A DNA stretch of 64,000 nt from Klebsormidium nitens (taxonomy: Eukaryota > Plantae > Klebsormidiophyceae): NCBI GenBank assembly GCA_000708835.1, contig DF237433.1, positions 6,322 to 70,321 of the forward strand. Reading direction: 5' to 3'. A program made the position numbers and the translations under genes. Numbering within the stretch: position 1 is the stretch's first letter; every line of letters begins with the position of its first letter. Below the pieces are notes generated by a model that saw only the letters and a list, made by a program, of their open reading frames with translations, was not told the origin of the DNA and ran no database searches. Shown one piece after another: positions 23,404 through 36,613 of this stretch.

Positions 23404-24918
23404 CCTGTAACATCTGGCTTGTACAAATAATCTAAATAGTGTGAGGGAAAATTGCTATCATGCATGGTTGGTCATCCTTTTAAACGATCGAGATGCACCT
23501 TGTAACTCTAGCATGTGTCTCTCCCTCTAGCGTGGCTTCTTCCGGTTAGCAATCTGCCGGTTCAAGTTGACACTGCGTGCATCATATTGCATATTTCAGG
23601 ACATTTAGTCGAACAGACGAGTCAGTTTGAAGGCTGCAGCTAGATGGCCTAAATGTGTGCGGTCGACGGATTCAGCAAAATCCCGATCGCCCGAATGCAG
23701 GCCAGCCCAAGTCAGAGTTGGCGAGCAACGACAAGCTTCAGCTAGATTAATACGGAGACTAATGCATGCGTGACTGATCGAAAGAAGCTCCAGGCCCCTG
23801 CTGGCAATGACCACGGGAATCATTGCAACGTCAGAAGCTGCGAGATGAGAGTGAGATGTGGACGCAACAGATGAGCCCGGTATATAAGGGTTCCAGGAAG
23901 AGAAGGGAATTGAACGGAGGAAGATCATGGAAATAGCTCGGTCATACATTCAGAGGTTCTCGATGCATTTTAATCCGCTAGTCGTAATCTTGATAGTATA
24001 GATGTGTGCAGTGGGTGTGACAAAGTTTTGTGTATCATACTATACATCCTATACACAAATTGCCCCGACGCCGGATCTGGATTGCCAGTGTGTCGAGGAG
24101 AAACTTTTGCTCGCCTTCTGCTCAGACCGTACCGAATTAACATGATAAGTGCACACGTTTGTGACTCGTGCATCCGACTTCTTTATGCGCGTGATCTGAA
24201 AATGTTTGCGGCACACATTTGCTAGCGTATCAAGCATGGGCCTCGATCACGGTTCGACTGGACTTTCAGCTTCTTTGGGAGCAATTTGCGATTGGGAATT
24301 TCAGTGCTAAGCCGGGAAGCTGCTTTTTGGGTCATCACGCAGGCCCCGTTTCAAATTGCATAGGCCCCGTTTCAAGGGTCTGTCAACTGCAATGAGGGTT
24401 TTGAGCTCAAAACCCTAACTAGTACGTTGGGGGTGCCCTAACCGGGGAGGTCGCGGGCCATGCAAGATTCCTGAGCCTCTGACTACAACATCATTAGCTT
24501 TTCCAATTGCACACATGGTAGTATACATCCGGCTAGCTCACTGCCAGGCTTTTTGGGGTAGCTAGAAAGATCATGCATGTGAGTTTGGAGTCTTCTGAAT
24601 CATGATCATTGATACGTTAACATACTGTATGCAGTGATTTACACTCCGTCAACATCATGCGCGGCATGCATTTGCATGCACTCAGCCGCCTGAGTCCTCT
24701 GTTGATAGAAGCTGGTACCTAGACAAAACTCATCTAAAGCCTGTCTGGTTCGGGCCAGCGAATCGACACCCTCTCTTATTTCGCCTTGAATTTTGCGTGG
24801 CCTAAATTCATGTTAGATGGCCACTATGCTGCGTGTTGCTATACTAAGGCTGGAACCACTGCCTGAGAGCTTTCGGAACTTGGCTGCAATCCTTGCATAC
24901 AGAATGTACACACATGTC

Positions 24919-25005
24919 GTTGGAGAATTTCTGTGGGAGTCTGTGTAGACAAGAATCGTGTATACACACTCTTGTCTACACAGACTCCCACAGAAATTCT
25001 CCAAC
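24919..25005. repeat. Perfect 36-bp inverted repeat (87-nt hairpin)
   Basis: 24919-24954 GTTGGAGAATTTCTGTGGGAGTCTGTGTAGACAAGA is the exact reverse complement of 24970-25005. The 15-nt loop contains GTGTATACAC. Confidence 0.95.
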
Positions 25006-25349
25006 TTAGCAGCGTCCTTAACTTCAGACTTAACTTGAGATTATAGACCCTGGTGGCCTGGCTAGCCGTTTTAAGCTTGGTTCAACCACTCTCTGATTGA
25101 TTTATTGCCAACCGTGCGTGGATGGACTTAGCCACTAGCTTCAATGTCTTGAGGGTGTCTCAGCCAACACTTTGCTTGCCCACTTGTACGCAGGTTCTAG
25201 CACAATCGTACGCTCTCGAAAACGAGGGAGGCTTTTGTGCCTTACTCGTTACTAAGTTATTGCAGCGTCTATTGATTAACAACTCGGATTGTCGGTCCAA
25301 ACGCTAATTCTGTACAACACCAATGCAGCCTCCTCATAAAGCATATCGG

Positions 25350-27200
25350 CTACGCCACTTTCTTTGCTGTGGGGTCAACACCCGCCGTGTTGTCTGCATT
25401 TGCAAAAACTGCTTGTTTCGTCCTGAACTCCTTTTCCCGCAGTTTCTTGAGCTCCTGCCGGTTGCTATCCAGAACCCTGTCCACGTCCTTCTGCAGCAAT
25501 TTGGAGCTTTCGCTCAGAAACGGCAAGAAAAACAGATTGTTCAAATCATCGCTTTTGTCGTGAACGATCAACGCTCAAGGCGAGACTTAAGCAAGACTCA
25601 AAGCGAGACTCAAAAGATCTAGTATTTTCTGCGGATCAAGTTTGCTTGTCTGCGATTGTTGTTTAGAGCAACAAGTAGCTCGCATGATACAACGGGTCAG
25701 AAAAATTTGCGCAGAGAGTAACTAAAGCCCTGAGTTCTTGCTGCACGAACCAGAACTGTCACCACAGATCAACAACCTGGGGCGGAGAAGTTCAAAGGTA
25801 TTTATGAAACGACATCAGTGCCCCACTTAATGAAAGTTGACTCGGAAGTAAGAAAAGGGACATGCGTTTGAACAATGTAAGAACGAAACTATGCACCGAG
25901 AGACGCAGAGACGAGAGAATTACCTTGTGAAGCCGATAGATTTCCGCAAGGGGCTGAGTCGTGCCAGCTGCCGTCATGACCGGTTTAATGAACACTTTGG
26001 GCAGTAGCCAATGACAGATGCCCTGCATTAAATGCCCGGCAGACGATCAGACGGTCTGTAAACCATTCGTCAGAAGCCGACATTCTGCAGCTAAGAGCTA
26101 ACGGTCGGAGTTGGCAGTCAGGACCTCCAACGATGGAGAGCAGCTTGTTCATCGGACACTTTTGCTAAAGTTCAAATTGCCAGGACAAAGCTTTTGGTCC
26201 GAGGCAGAAAGGTAAGTGGTCGCAAGGCTATCTGGGCATCGATGTCAAAACCCAAGCGCACCTCTCTGAACACGCGGATCGCGTGTCCGAGCGCCAAAGA
26301 CACCTCATGGGCGCTTGACTCTCGGACAGATCAATAGTGAATGCTCGTCGTGGCTAAGCCTCATTTCAAACCTACATAGTTTCTTGCTTACTTCCCCCTC
26401 AGCGTTCAAAAACACACATTTCTGAACATGCGGTTCGCGTTTCGGGGCGCCGAAGACACCTTCACAGTGCCGGAGCCTCGGACAACTCCGGTCGATGCGT
26501 GCCCTTCGAATTCCAACCGTCATTATTCGACACAAGCCAATGCTAAGAGTGAGGCTCTCAGCGAAGCGTACGACACAAAAGAACAAACGAAACGAGCGTA
26601 CCTGTCTGAAAATGCGGATCGGTTTTGCGAGCGCCAAAGACACCTTCATCGGCGCCTGACTCTCATAAAGATTCATCGACAGCGCACTTCGCTGCTACTC
26701 CCCTCCCCTAATCTTTCCATATGTTTTCCACCCTTTTCTCAGCTTTGAAACGCACCTGTCTGAACATGCGGATCGTATTCCCAAGCGCCAGAGACACTTT
26801 CATGGGCGCTTGACTCTCGGATAAGTGCAGTCAATGGATCCCTTCAAAAATCCAGCCGTCATCATTCATCAGATTCTAAACTCAACGGTCGGAGGCTGGC
26901 AGCGAAGCGTACAACACACAGAACAAACGAAACGAGCATACCTGTCTAAACATCCGGATCGCGTTTCCGAGGGCCAGAGACACCTTCATGGGCGCCTGAC
27001 TCTCGGACAGGTCCACCAGCGCGTGGCCCTCAGGAACACGTAGCGCCGAGTACCGCTCCAGGACGCCCGGCAGCTCCGAGGCGTCGCTCTGCACGGAACG
27101 GAAGCGGAATCGTAAACGGAACGGTCAGCGATAAAGGTGACAATATGCTTGACTCTCGGACAGGTCCACAAGAGCGTGACCCTCAGGAACGCGTAGCGCT
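25350..27200 (-). pseudogene. Decayed gene with ~5 tandem-duplicated exons (VPEGHALVDLSESQAPMKVSLALGNAIRMFRQ)
   Basis: Copies near 27148-27200 (truncated), 26940-27050, 26755-26830, 26602-26680 and 26262-26335 (1-nt deletion). Three end in CAG|GTRYGY donors. Downstream exon-like segments at 25920-26090 (in-frame TGA) and 25350-25571. Confidence 0.5.
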
Positions 27201-27734
27201 GAGTAATGTCCCAACATGGTGTCAATATCGGACAGTGTACGAAAGCGTGTCCTTCCAACGCGCAGGACACTTTCAGTGGCGCTCCAAGACGCCCGGCAGC
27301 TCCGCTCTGTGCGGAACGGAAACGAAAACGAAGCATCGTGAAGCTGATTGTGTTCTGAACTGGCATCTTGACACCGTTTTCATACTTTACCGAGGGAATC
27401 TGGAATTTTGGAGGGCCAGTCGGCATCAAGCGAAGATCAGAGCTGTGCCTTTATGCTCGAATGCTCCTTTAAGGCGGACCAGCGCTCAAGGAAGTAGATT
27501 TTCTTCAGCCAACGGGGGTGAGAGCAGCAAGAAGGACGCGCAGCCCTCGACTTTTTCTTCAACCTAAAAACTATCAAACGTCCCAGAACTGTCGAATCAA
27601 TGGGCGCTTACCATGCCTAAAAGGAGCGACGCGAGCGCGGCCGCGTCGGCGAGGGAGGTGTTGCAGCCCTGCCCGATGGAGGGGCTCGTGGAGTGTGCGG
27701 CGTCGCCCATCAGAACAGCGCGGCCGTCCGCATC

Positions 27735-28090
27735 GTGATATTGGCTGCACTTAAGCTGCAAAAAAGCGTCCGAAGATCTCAGTCAGGTCCAAGAAAACGT
27801 CCGAATGCCGAGTGGGTGTCGGAATGTGCTTGAAGGGACCTCTTCTTCTTGTTGTAAATGCGCACACAGAAAATCCGACTTCTGTGAAGCGAAGCGTCGT
27901 CCATTAGGACAGCGCGACCGTCCGCACCGTGGTACTGGCTGCACTTAAGCTGCAACAAAGCGTTCGAATATCGCTGTGGCTGTCCAGACAAGCGTCCGAG
28001 ACTTTTGACTTCTGTGGAACCTCGCCAGTTTCGAATCGTGCGACCGTTTGCGTTGCGTACTGGCCGCACTTGAGCTGCAAACGAGCGTCC
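27735..28090. repeat. Three degenerate copies of a TGGCTGCACTTAAGCTGCAA...GCGTCCGA unit
   Basis: Motif near 27742, 27936 and 28061. Confidence 0.7.
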
Positions 28091-28139
28091 CTTTCTGCGG
28101 TTTGATTATCCACTCTATCGAATCCTGTTCTCATAATCT

Positions 28140-31100
28140 AAAATCGAAGGAGGAATTCGCTTGCGTAAGTTGGCGCCCATCGAAACCATGGGATCGCCCG
28201 CATCATGGTACTGAATGCACGTGAGCAAGCGTCAGGAGATAGGGGATGTGGCTGCAGATGACATTCTTGTGAGATTGGCTGCCCAGATTTTGAAAGTGGG
28301 TATTGACTTGTGTGTGAAACGGCGCCCATCAGAACCATGCGGTCGTCTATGTGTGATACTTACTGGCACTTCGATCCTAAGAGCGTCCTAAAATCGACGT
28401 AACGAGTTTCAATTTGTCACAGCTGTGAATAGTTCAGTGCGTTTGGCTGCTCGGACTCTAATGAAAAGTCGCATCTTTGCACGGATTTGCAAGGATTTTA
28501 GGGTTGGGCGATTTAATTGCTGTCTCCTTCAGCTGCAGCTGGTGAGCAGCTCGTACCTATTCTCGAAGATCAAAATTATCGAGCCTCGTAACCAGAAGCC
28601 CCATTAGTGGTGATTCACATTCGGGTGTGATTCCCTGCATCTCAAATAGACGCCCCTAGCTCTCGGACTAATTGCTTCCGCCTTACCTGCATGCTCCGCG
28701 ACGGCCGCTGCGTGACCAGCGATTCCGCCGCCTCCAGCGGAACCTGCAGCCACGGAAGGTGCCGCTCCAAAAACTCCTTCGCTTCTTGCCCTGTCTTGAG
28801 GGCCAGCCACGGTTCAGGGGGTTCCGCGATTTGCCAGCCCAAAACCAGGCACATCGTCGGGTCGCCTTCAAGCCTGGCAAGGGGTGAACGACGGTCCATT
28901 GCTGTTAACAGATAAGGACAGATACGGACAATCGGATACGGCTTTCGCGTTGAGGGGCTCATAGAACCCGCATGAGGCACGCGGTTTAATAACTCCCCTT
29001 CCGCCTAAAAAACACTCACGGCCGACCAGGTTAGCAGTATACGTGAGGAGAGTTAAGTCACCATGGTTGCATGTAGCTGACGCGATTTACATGGGGGAGT
29101 GATGCTGAGTGGCCCGCCCAGTGACGCCTTTGAAGCCTGGAAACTTCTAGAATTATAAAGGAAGTAATTGACTTTTAAGCCAAACAATAAATCTCCAAGC
29201 GAGCCTCGAGCAATACCGACAAGCTTCGACAATTTCCTTCAGGGCCTTGGGACCAAACGACGAAATCCGAGAGTTTTTTGCATGAGCAGCCCGCTTAGGC
29301 CGCCCAGGTAATCCCCTGGGCCGAAAATCTCAAGCCGCGCGACTTACGAGAGAGTGCTGGGCAAGAGCAGCCCGCCTAGGCCGCCCGGTTTGCTTCCCAG
29401 GATGATCATCCAGTTGTGCTCGGTGGCCGGAGGCACCGGGATGTTAGCCACCAGCCACTGGGAGCCCAGGTCGCGCTGCTCGTAGTCGAAACTGCAAAGC
29501 GAGGAGAAGAGGCTGAGTATTTCGACGAAAGTTACATAAAGAGACGCAACGCATTCGATTGTGCTCGGTGGCCGTAAGCACCGGGATGCTAGTCACTGGG
29601 AGCCCAGGTCTCGCTGCTTGTAGTCGAAACTGCGAAGCAAATAGAGGAATCGCTTTCTTTTCGAAGGAGACCATCCGCAGGCTGAGTACGTTCGAGGCTG
29701 AGTACGTTCGAGGAAGACTCTTTCAGATGACAAGTCTCAAGAGGCGTGGCAAAGATGTCAATCTCGTTCGGACCACTTGAAAGATTCACGAAAGGGGGAG
29801 GGCAGATAATGAGTTCATTGCTCTTGTTCCGCCCTGAAGAAAAGCAAACACGAAAGATATAGTCCTCAAGGTCTTCAACATAGTTGACGCCTCGTTAACT
29901 CGGCAGTGATAAGATGGGCTTCAACAATGCGCAAGAACACCGGCATTGGCACCAGTTTGCCATTAAGCTCAAGATAACCAAACTTGAAGTTACTATAACC
30001 GGGGCGCAAAACCCACCTCCTGAGATGCTGCATCATGCTGCCTCGCACCACCGACCGAACCCCATCTGCGCCGACCAGCAAGTCATACTCCTTGGTGTAA
30101 ACAACCTCCCCGTGCCCATTCACACCGGCAGTCACGAAGCCCTTCACACCAGCCGTCTCAATCCCGGTAGCCGCGTTTATGCGGTCGATAGGGAGCAGCC
30201 CGCCGGTTTGGACGTCCGAAAAAGTGACAGTGCGGGCGTCCATATCGACTTGAGTGCAGCTCTGGTTGAAGCGGACTTCCAGCAGCTTGGTGTCGCCATA
30301 CCTGGAGAAACGAAATTTTACTCCTAGGCCTGAAACCTATGTCAACAATACGTACGGATGGACCAGAATCCTTGCCGCTACTCTCTGCATCAAAGCTCAT
30401 GTTCTTATCATGAATATGGCCACCTTAATTGCGTTATGCCGAGTTAAGGTGCCGGGTCAGCTGAACAACCAGCTCCGACTTTTGGTCAGGTGTCAAACAG
30501 GATTGGTTTCAAAACTGAGCTCAAACTGACAATATCTTCCTGGGTTCTTAGAGGTAAACTTTTGTGGGTTAGGGGAGACTGGACGACACGGATTATGATC
30601 AGCATAACCGAGTACGATACATACATGTCGTGTAATTTCCTGCCGTCGGACTGGGAAGCTGGAAGGTATCAAACTTTCAAATCATTAATCAAGGGTGGGA
30701 GCGCTCACAATTAGGTGAGTTTGTGGTTAACGAGGTCAATGGTTGAGGGGTTTGACCAATCACAGGACGAATAAACTGTGTCATCACGGGGCGCACTCGA
30801 CATGATATCAATGGTGTCAAATCGTCTCGGATTTGGTATTACTCGTCCTTCTTTTGTCAGTTGGTACAACAACTGGCCAGAAAACCCGAGCAGACGGCAA
30901 GTCTGGAAAACCCACACGCAAGCCATGAACCTTACTTGGCCATGAGATGCTCTAGCATGGCCGCGCACAGCGCAGTGCGGTCGGTGATCACATTGCCGTC
31001 GTCTTTGGTCGGGTCGGCCCGCCCCGGTAGTTCGATCAGCCGCCCGAACAGCCAAATTTTGCCGAGCTTTGTTGGCACGCCGGCAGCCTGCAAAAACGAA

Positions 31101-32347
31101 GCACAACTATCAATGAAGCATTCAAGGTCTTACGGAGCTTCCCTGCGTCTCATCTATCCAAATGCAATGTTGAGAGGATAGCACAAGCCACCAACCGAAA
31201 AGCTTAGGCCTTCCTGAATCTTGCAAGAACAAGGAACGAGAGAAGACCATTTCTTGTGTTCTTGACAGAAAGTCAGAAGTGAAAAATGGACCTCACCTTC
31301 ACTGCTGCCCACAACCCATCCACTTTGTCCAAGGCCGCCTTGCCGCGCTGGCTCAGACCAAGTGAGTATCTGCATGGAGAGCAAATGAATCGAAATCAGA
31401 AGGGGCATCAGGCAGAGACTAAGTCTCTTGACCTGACGCTTACACACTTTGATTCATCAACCACTGTGTCTCATGTCACACAATCCATTGGGGCTTTTTC
31501 TGCTCCTGAAATAGTATCTCCAGGAAACTTTTAGCAGAGGCTCGACTTACAAGGCCATGTCTGTTAAGCAAACCTGGCGGGTTTCCAAAAAATGAGGTCA
31601 AGCATTGACCGCGTGGTTTGACCGACCCCAACCTGTAGCCCAAACCCTCGAGAGACCGGCCGTATTTGCGATTGCCAATGAGGGATTCAACGGATGAATT
31701 GAAATAGAAACAGAGAAACGCTGACAGCGACCGGCGTCAGATCTCATCTTTGGAGCTGGATTGGGCAGCCGGAAAATCAAGCAAGGACCAGAAAGCCAAC
31801 TCACAACATGCGACGGCATATGGAAGTCCGTGTCAACCGCACACCCAATGCTTGTCACAGGCTTATCTATGTTGGTGCCACCTCTCGCCCCTTGCGCATA
31901 GGGGGGCCTCAAGAAGCAAGAACTGCATTCTACACACAAGGAAGCCATTTGCAATGTCGTCCACGAATTATACCGCCTCTTTCGGAACAGATTCCCCACT
32001 CTGAGATGCCGACAGATCCATAGATTCCTCTCACCGCATTCTACATAGTCCGCAGCCTTTTGCAAAATTGCCCACAACTCACACCGCCTGTTTCAGCATT
32101 GAATTCCCCCGACATGAGATGCCGACGAACTCTCGCATTCCTCTCACCTTCTCGGAGTGGGGGGCCGCTTCATGGTCACCCGAGGGTCTTCTCGTGCCTC
32201 ATGTATGGAAACCCTAAATCTTCCATTCCCCTTTTCTAGGAGGTAGTGCGCCAAGAGGAGCCCAGAGGGGCCCGCCCCGACTATGACCACTTTCATGGGC
32301 TCAGGCGGTGCGCCCCCGGCCTGGTCATCGGGAACTAGCGGCGGCAT
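28140..32347 (-). CDS. FAD-dependent monooxygenase (kynurenine 3-monooxygenase-like), multi-exon
   Basis: MKVVIVGAGPSGLLLAHYL...IHEAREDPR (Rossmann motif), LLEVRFNQSCTQVD, YDLLVGADGVRSVVR, FDYEQRDLGSQWLVANIP, AKEFLERHLPW. A degenerate DDRMVLMGAVSH occurs near 28330. The 3' end is uncertain and the gene may be decaying. Confidence 0.65.
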
Positions 32348-33871
32348 ACTTTCTGCCCCTTCAGAAATGGTTGAGATCTAGAGCTGCAGGCAAAGGAGGA
32401 GAAACATGAGAAGTGAAGATTCAGACGAAACCCCCAGCTTCTTAGGACTTCTTACTGGCATGGGTTTGAGAGATAAATGTCGCACACGAGATGTTTCAGT
32501 TTTATGTTTTCGAGCGCCCCTTGTCTCGCAGAGTCATACCACTCTATGGACTCTGAATTTGTCTCCCGTCTTGAATGATACAGGTGAGCGAGAACAAAAA
32601 CGACTTGTGTGCTGCGCAGCCAAGAGTGACCCAGGGATCAGACAATCAAAATTGCTCTTCAACCACCAAATGGTGCCATATCAACTCCTTCTATTGCTTG
32701 ATGGACCCCTGCCTACAGCGCAGTAGGGAGTCTGCATTTTCACGAGCTTACCCGCCTCCTCTGAAAGGATTGCAACAGCTTCCCTGACCTTACTACGAAG
32801 AGAAACGACTCACCTCAAGCTGATGCCTCGTCAAAGCAAGTGTACGTTTCAGCAGCAGGAAACCCTACTGTGCTGGAGGTCGTTTAACTTTACGCCCTAA
32901 TACCAATAGGCTCTGAATCTGAATGGGGAGTGCAGGCGCAATTCTTGCGAGCACAAAGATGCCAGCATGCAACATCTGGCATTGGCAATGTGTCTGCTGG
33001 AATTCTGAATGCATTATGCAGTCACGACAGTATGATGATCGTATAGACGTGGATCATCGATGGCCGTCGCTTCCGACCCCTAGTCGAGGCGGACGGTCTT
33101 GAAAGCACCAGATGACGCACGTGACTCATCCAAAGGTACCCCGGGCGGCCGGCCGGCGCCGGCCCGACCTCTAAACCTAGGCTCCGTACGGTCGCGCCTG
33201 CCAAACCCGGGGCCACCGCCAAACCGCGCGGTCCGGGGCGCCCGCGGCCGCGGGGCCGGCCACATGAAAGTGTCAGACATCATAAGTTTCCTGTACTGGA
33301 CCCAAGTTTCTGTTGACAGATAAGCGTTGCTGAGGCGGACCTCGTAACCTAAAATTTTCCGAGAGGATTTTGTGAGCAGGTAAGTCGATGTCTGGCCGCC
33401 TTTTGAAGTTTCTCCGACACTTCTGATCTGACGTTCAGGTAGAATTTTAGGACTTCTTTTCCAACACCATGTTGACGAGTTCCTTCACGTTAGTGCTGCT
33501 GATTGGTAGAACCACAAAATCTGTCTGGAGACGATAGCCCGCTTAAACGCTTACACTGCCTTTGTACAGTACGTTGGCTTTGTTTGTTCAAGATGGAGAC
33601 TTGAGTATGAGTAGGACAAGAGTCAGTGTTCCTGATCAGCTGATACGAAAGCACTTCTGAGGATCCTCCGAGCACCCACTCCAGACTGCAAACCATATTC
33701 AATGTGTTTGTTCGAAGTGCTGCAAAAAGAAGTGCAAAACTCGCTCATGGGATAACGTTTTAACATGCCGGAACTAGGTGCTGCAAAATTGGCTTGGGAC
33801 GAAACATTGGACAGCCAGTATTCTGTACGATCGAAAGTGGCACTGAATTATCTGCTTGCAATTCCTTGCAG

Positions 33872-35302
33872 ATGGCACCTCCCAGTAGAACCTGGTTTGG
33901 TTTGAGACGGAAAAGTCCATCAATACCAGACTCTGGTTTGCCCCTGTCTACGACCGCCCTACCTGGACCTGGCAGCTCGAAGTATGGAAAAACATGAGGA
34001 CTTTCAAGAGTCGAAGAGCAAAGAGCAGAAGTTTGCCGGTCTCTGGTGGCTGTTTCGAACGTGCCAGACTCGACTTTGACGGTTCTTGAAGACGGTCGAC
34101 CGCAAAAGCAGGCTGAGACCCGCTCAGATCAGGTCGCCAAACTTTGGGCAGAGATTGCCGAGCTGGGTCGGAAGCTGACGGACGAGAAGCAAGGGAAAGA
34201 GCGAATCTTTGAGGAGCTGACGCGCGCTGGCGCCGAACTGGACGACGCGCAGGATGAAGGCGCCAGTCTGCGCGCTCAACTAGCTGCTGAGATGCGGCGG
34301 GATGGGGAGAGGACGGAAAAGGAACTGGCGAGCGCGTGCGCGAGCTTGAACGAGGTGCAAGCAAAGAGTGGCGGTCTTCGAGCGCAGCTCGAGACGCTCG
34401 AGTCGAAGCTCGCCGCCAAGGAGAAGGAAAAGCTCGAGGCGGCTTCGAAAGTAGCGGAACTCGAGAGCGCGCTCGAGAGCTCGCGCGGCGCGGCCGCGGC
34501 GCTGGAGGCCGCAGCAGAGGCGGGCGCGCGGCGCGCGCGCGAGGGCGACAGGCTCCACTACGTGCTCGCGTGCAATGGCCAGACGGGCTCCATCGCACGG
34601 AGCGTCATGGCCTCCGATCCCGAGTCGCGTCTCTACAAGACGTTCAGCGGGGAGTGGAATTACGCGCGCGACGAATCGGGGCGCGCGGTTATCACGTGCC
34701 ATCCGGACCGTTGGTCCGCTGTTCTGGAGCATCTGACGACGGGGGCGGTTCCGACGGACCGCGATACGCAGTTGCTAGAGCAGGCACGGTTCTGGAAGTT
34801 GCAAAGGCTGACGGCAGCGCTCGAAGCGCTGACGCCAGGAGCGGTGGTCTCAAACGCAGACTCTCAGGGGTTTACGGTGCGGGGTACGTTTGTGTCCGTC
34901 ATGAGCGCCTATGAGCCGCGTCTCCCTTTCGTGACGCCCCGAGGTTGCGTAATGTATCTTCTAGTAATTGATTCTGGAATTTGGATGTACTGCCATCCAG
35001 ACTCTGATGCAGGATCTGCAGACGTCCAGCTGTCATACAGGTGTCGCGTGCTTTTGCGTGACCACAGCATCGAAAAGGACTGGTCGACGGCCCCATGTAT
35101 TGTCGGCAGGGATAAAATCAGGTCTTGGCATGAGGATGAGAGTCGTTGGGTTACGTATACGTTTGCGAGGTCCAAAAGCTGGGGCCATACCTGGAAAAAG
35201 TTGGGTTATACCCTGCATCAGATGGTCAGCGAGCCTTTGGCCTTAGCACACGACAGCCTCGTGGTCGAGTTTGAAGTTCGGTACATGGACGAGAAAAAGT
35301 GA
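33872..35302 (+). CDS. Coiled-coil + KCTD-type BTB/POZ + MATH-like protein, copy 1, in-frame TGA at 33995-33997
   Basis: TTGCAG|ATG at 33872 is shared with the paralogue. MAPPSRTWFGLR...KT*GLSR continues in frame into ORF 34046..35302. BTB: LACNGQTGSIARSV...PESRLYKTFSGEW...WSAVLEHLTTG. C-terminal WGHTW...LAHDSLVVEFEVRY. Confidence 0.75.
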
Positions 35303-36613
35303 GACCGTGGACTCTTTCTCTGCGGAAATTATGTGATACGATGATAAAAGGATTACGATTTGTTTCGTGCGCTTGACCAGAGGTTGGCTCGAGAAGGTGC
35401 GGCTCTAGATTTTCATTCTGACCACTTCGAGGTAACGGCAAGGAGCTGCACTTCTTGCTTTGCAGAAAGCTAGCTGTATAGTATCGGTTTCTGAAAGCTA
35501 CATTGCATCTCTTGCTTTATTATTCAGCGTAAGAATTCAACAAGTCCTGGAGTCCTTGACCGCATTTTCATTATGGATCCTTGCAGCATCTGAATGTAGG
35601 GCTTCTATGTCTACAGCAAGCCCACGTGGAACCTGGTTCGATACAAATAATCGAGCGAAATGTTACCTCTATAAGCAGTCGACGAAGAAAACTGGTGCCC
35701 ACCTTTCAAACGCACATAAAATTTGATTGTTAGTGCTCTTATACGTCTCGGATGATTATACAATTCAAGTTCGCTAGAACCCAATGGAGAAAAATGGTGC
35801 CCTTTCGAGCTTCACAGGCTTATATCTCGCATAATCAAATGCTTGCACTTTTTGTACACGTGTCATTAACACGGCATCCGTCTTAAAGAGCTCCGAAGAA
35901 TTAGTGCATGATGAATGTATCTTCCAAAAGCTCACGGAAGCAGTCTAGCTATCCTATAACCACACGGATGTGCAGCGACGTCTTAGGCCCCGCCTTTATT
36001 GACGCGCTGCCTTTATGAAAAGAAGGAAAAGCTACGTGCACTAAGGACGCTTTTTCCGGGACGACTGTGCTTGCACAGACCGTGTCAGACCAGCGTCTGT
36101 CCGTCTTCTGCTAAACCCCTTAGTTGGATTCACGGTAATGATTGACCACTCAACGCATCAAGAAAAAGACGTTCTTTCGACACTCCTTACAGAACATGCC
36201 ATTCGCTTATGTGATCAGACGCTGGAAGGAAGCAGATTGAGGGCGATTGCAGACTTTCGTTCTCGTTGAATTCTAAACGTGGTATTGCAGAAGACATTGT
36301 ACCCGCCGTTAACGTGCCAAAATCTTTCTGCAGAATTGTTGTAAAAGTTTCTTAACTTAGGTTTTATGGCCAAACAAATCCTACACAGGCCGCACCTAGA
36401 TCACTGATCACAGAGCGTCACGGACCTCTTTTTGTGTTGTCCAGTAATTGTCCAGTAATTGTAGAAACATAGCCGCAGGGGATAAGAGCAGACTCAGACT
36501 TTCGATTCTAAAGTGTATGTTTTAAATCGACCCCAAATTTCTCCCTGCATCTTTGCAGTACTTTTAGAACTACCACCTATCCCTACGGAAATGATTCGCT
36601 TCCAAAATCATTT

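Noticed and set aside
23985-24240. Possible MITE with imperfect terminal inverted repeats
   Set aside because: The arms are short with several gaps, and there is no TSD.
33020-33330. Very GC-rich stretch with short hairpins (similar ones at 38880-38940, 43540-43870, 47090-47180)
   Set aside because: Consistent with GC-rich upstream regions. No tRNA or other RNA fold and no repeat partner were identified.
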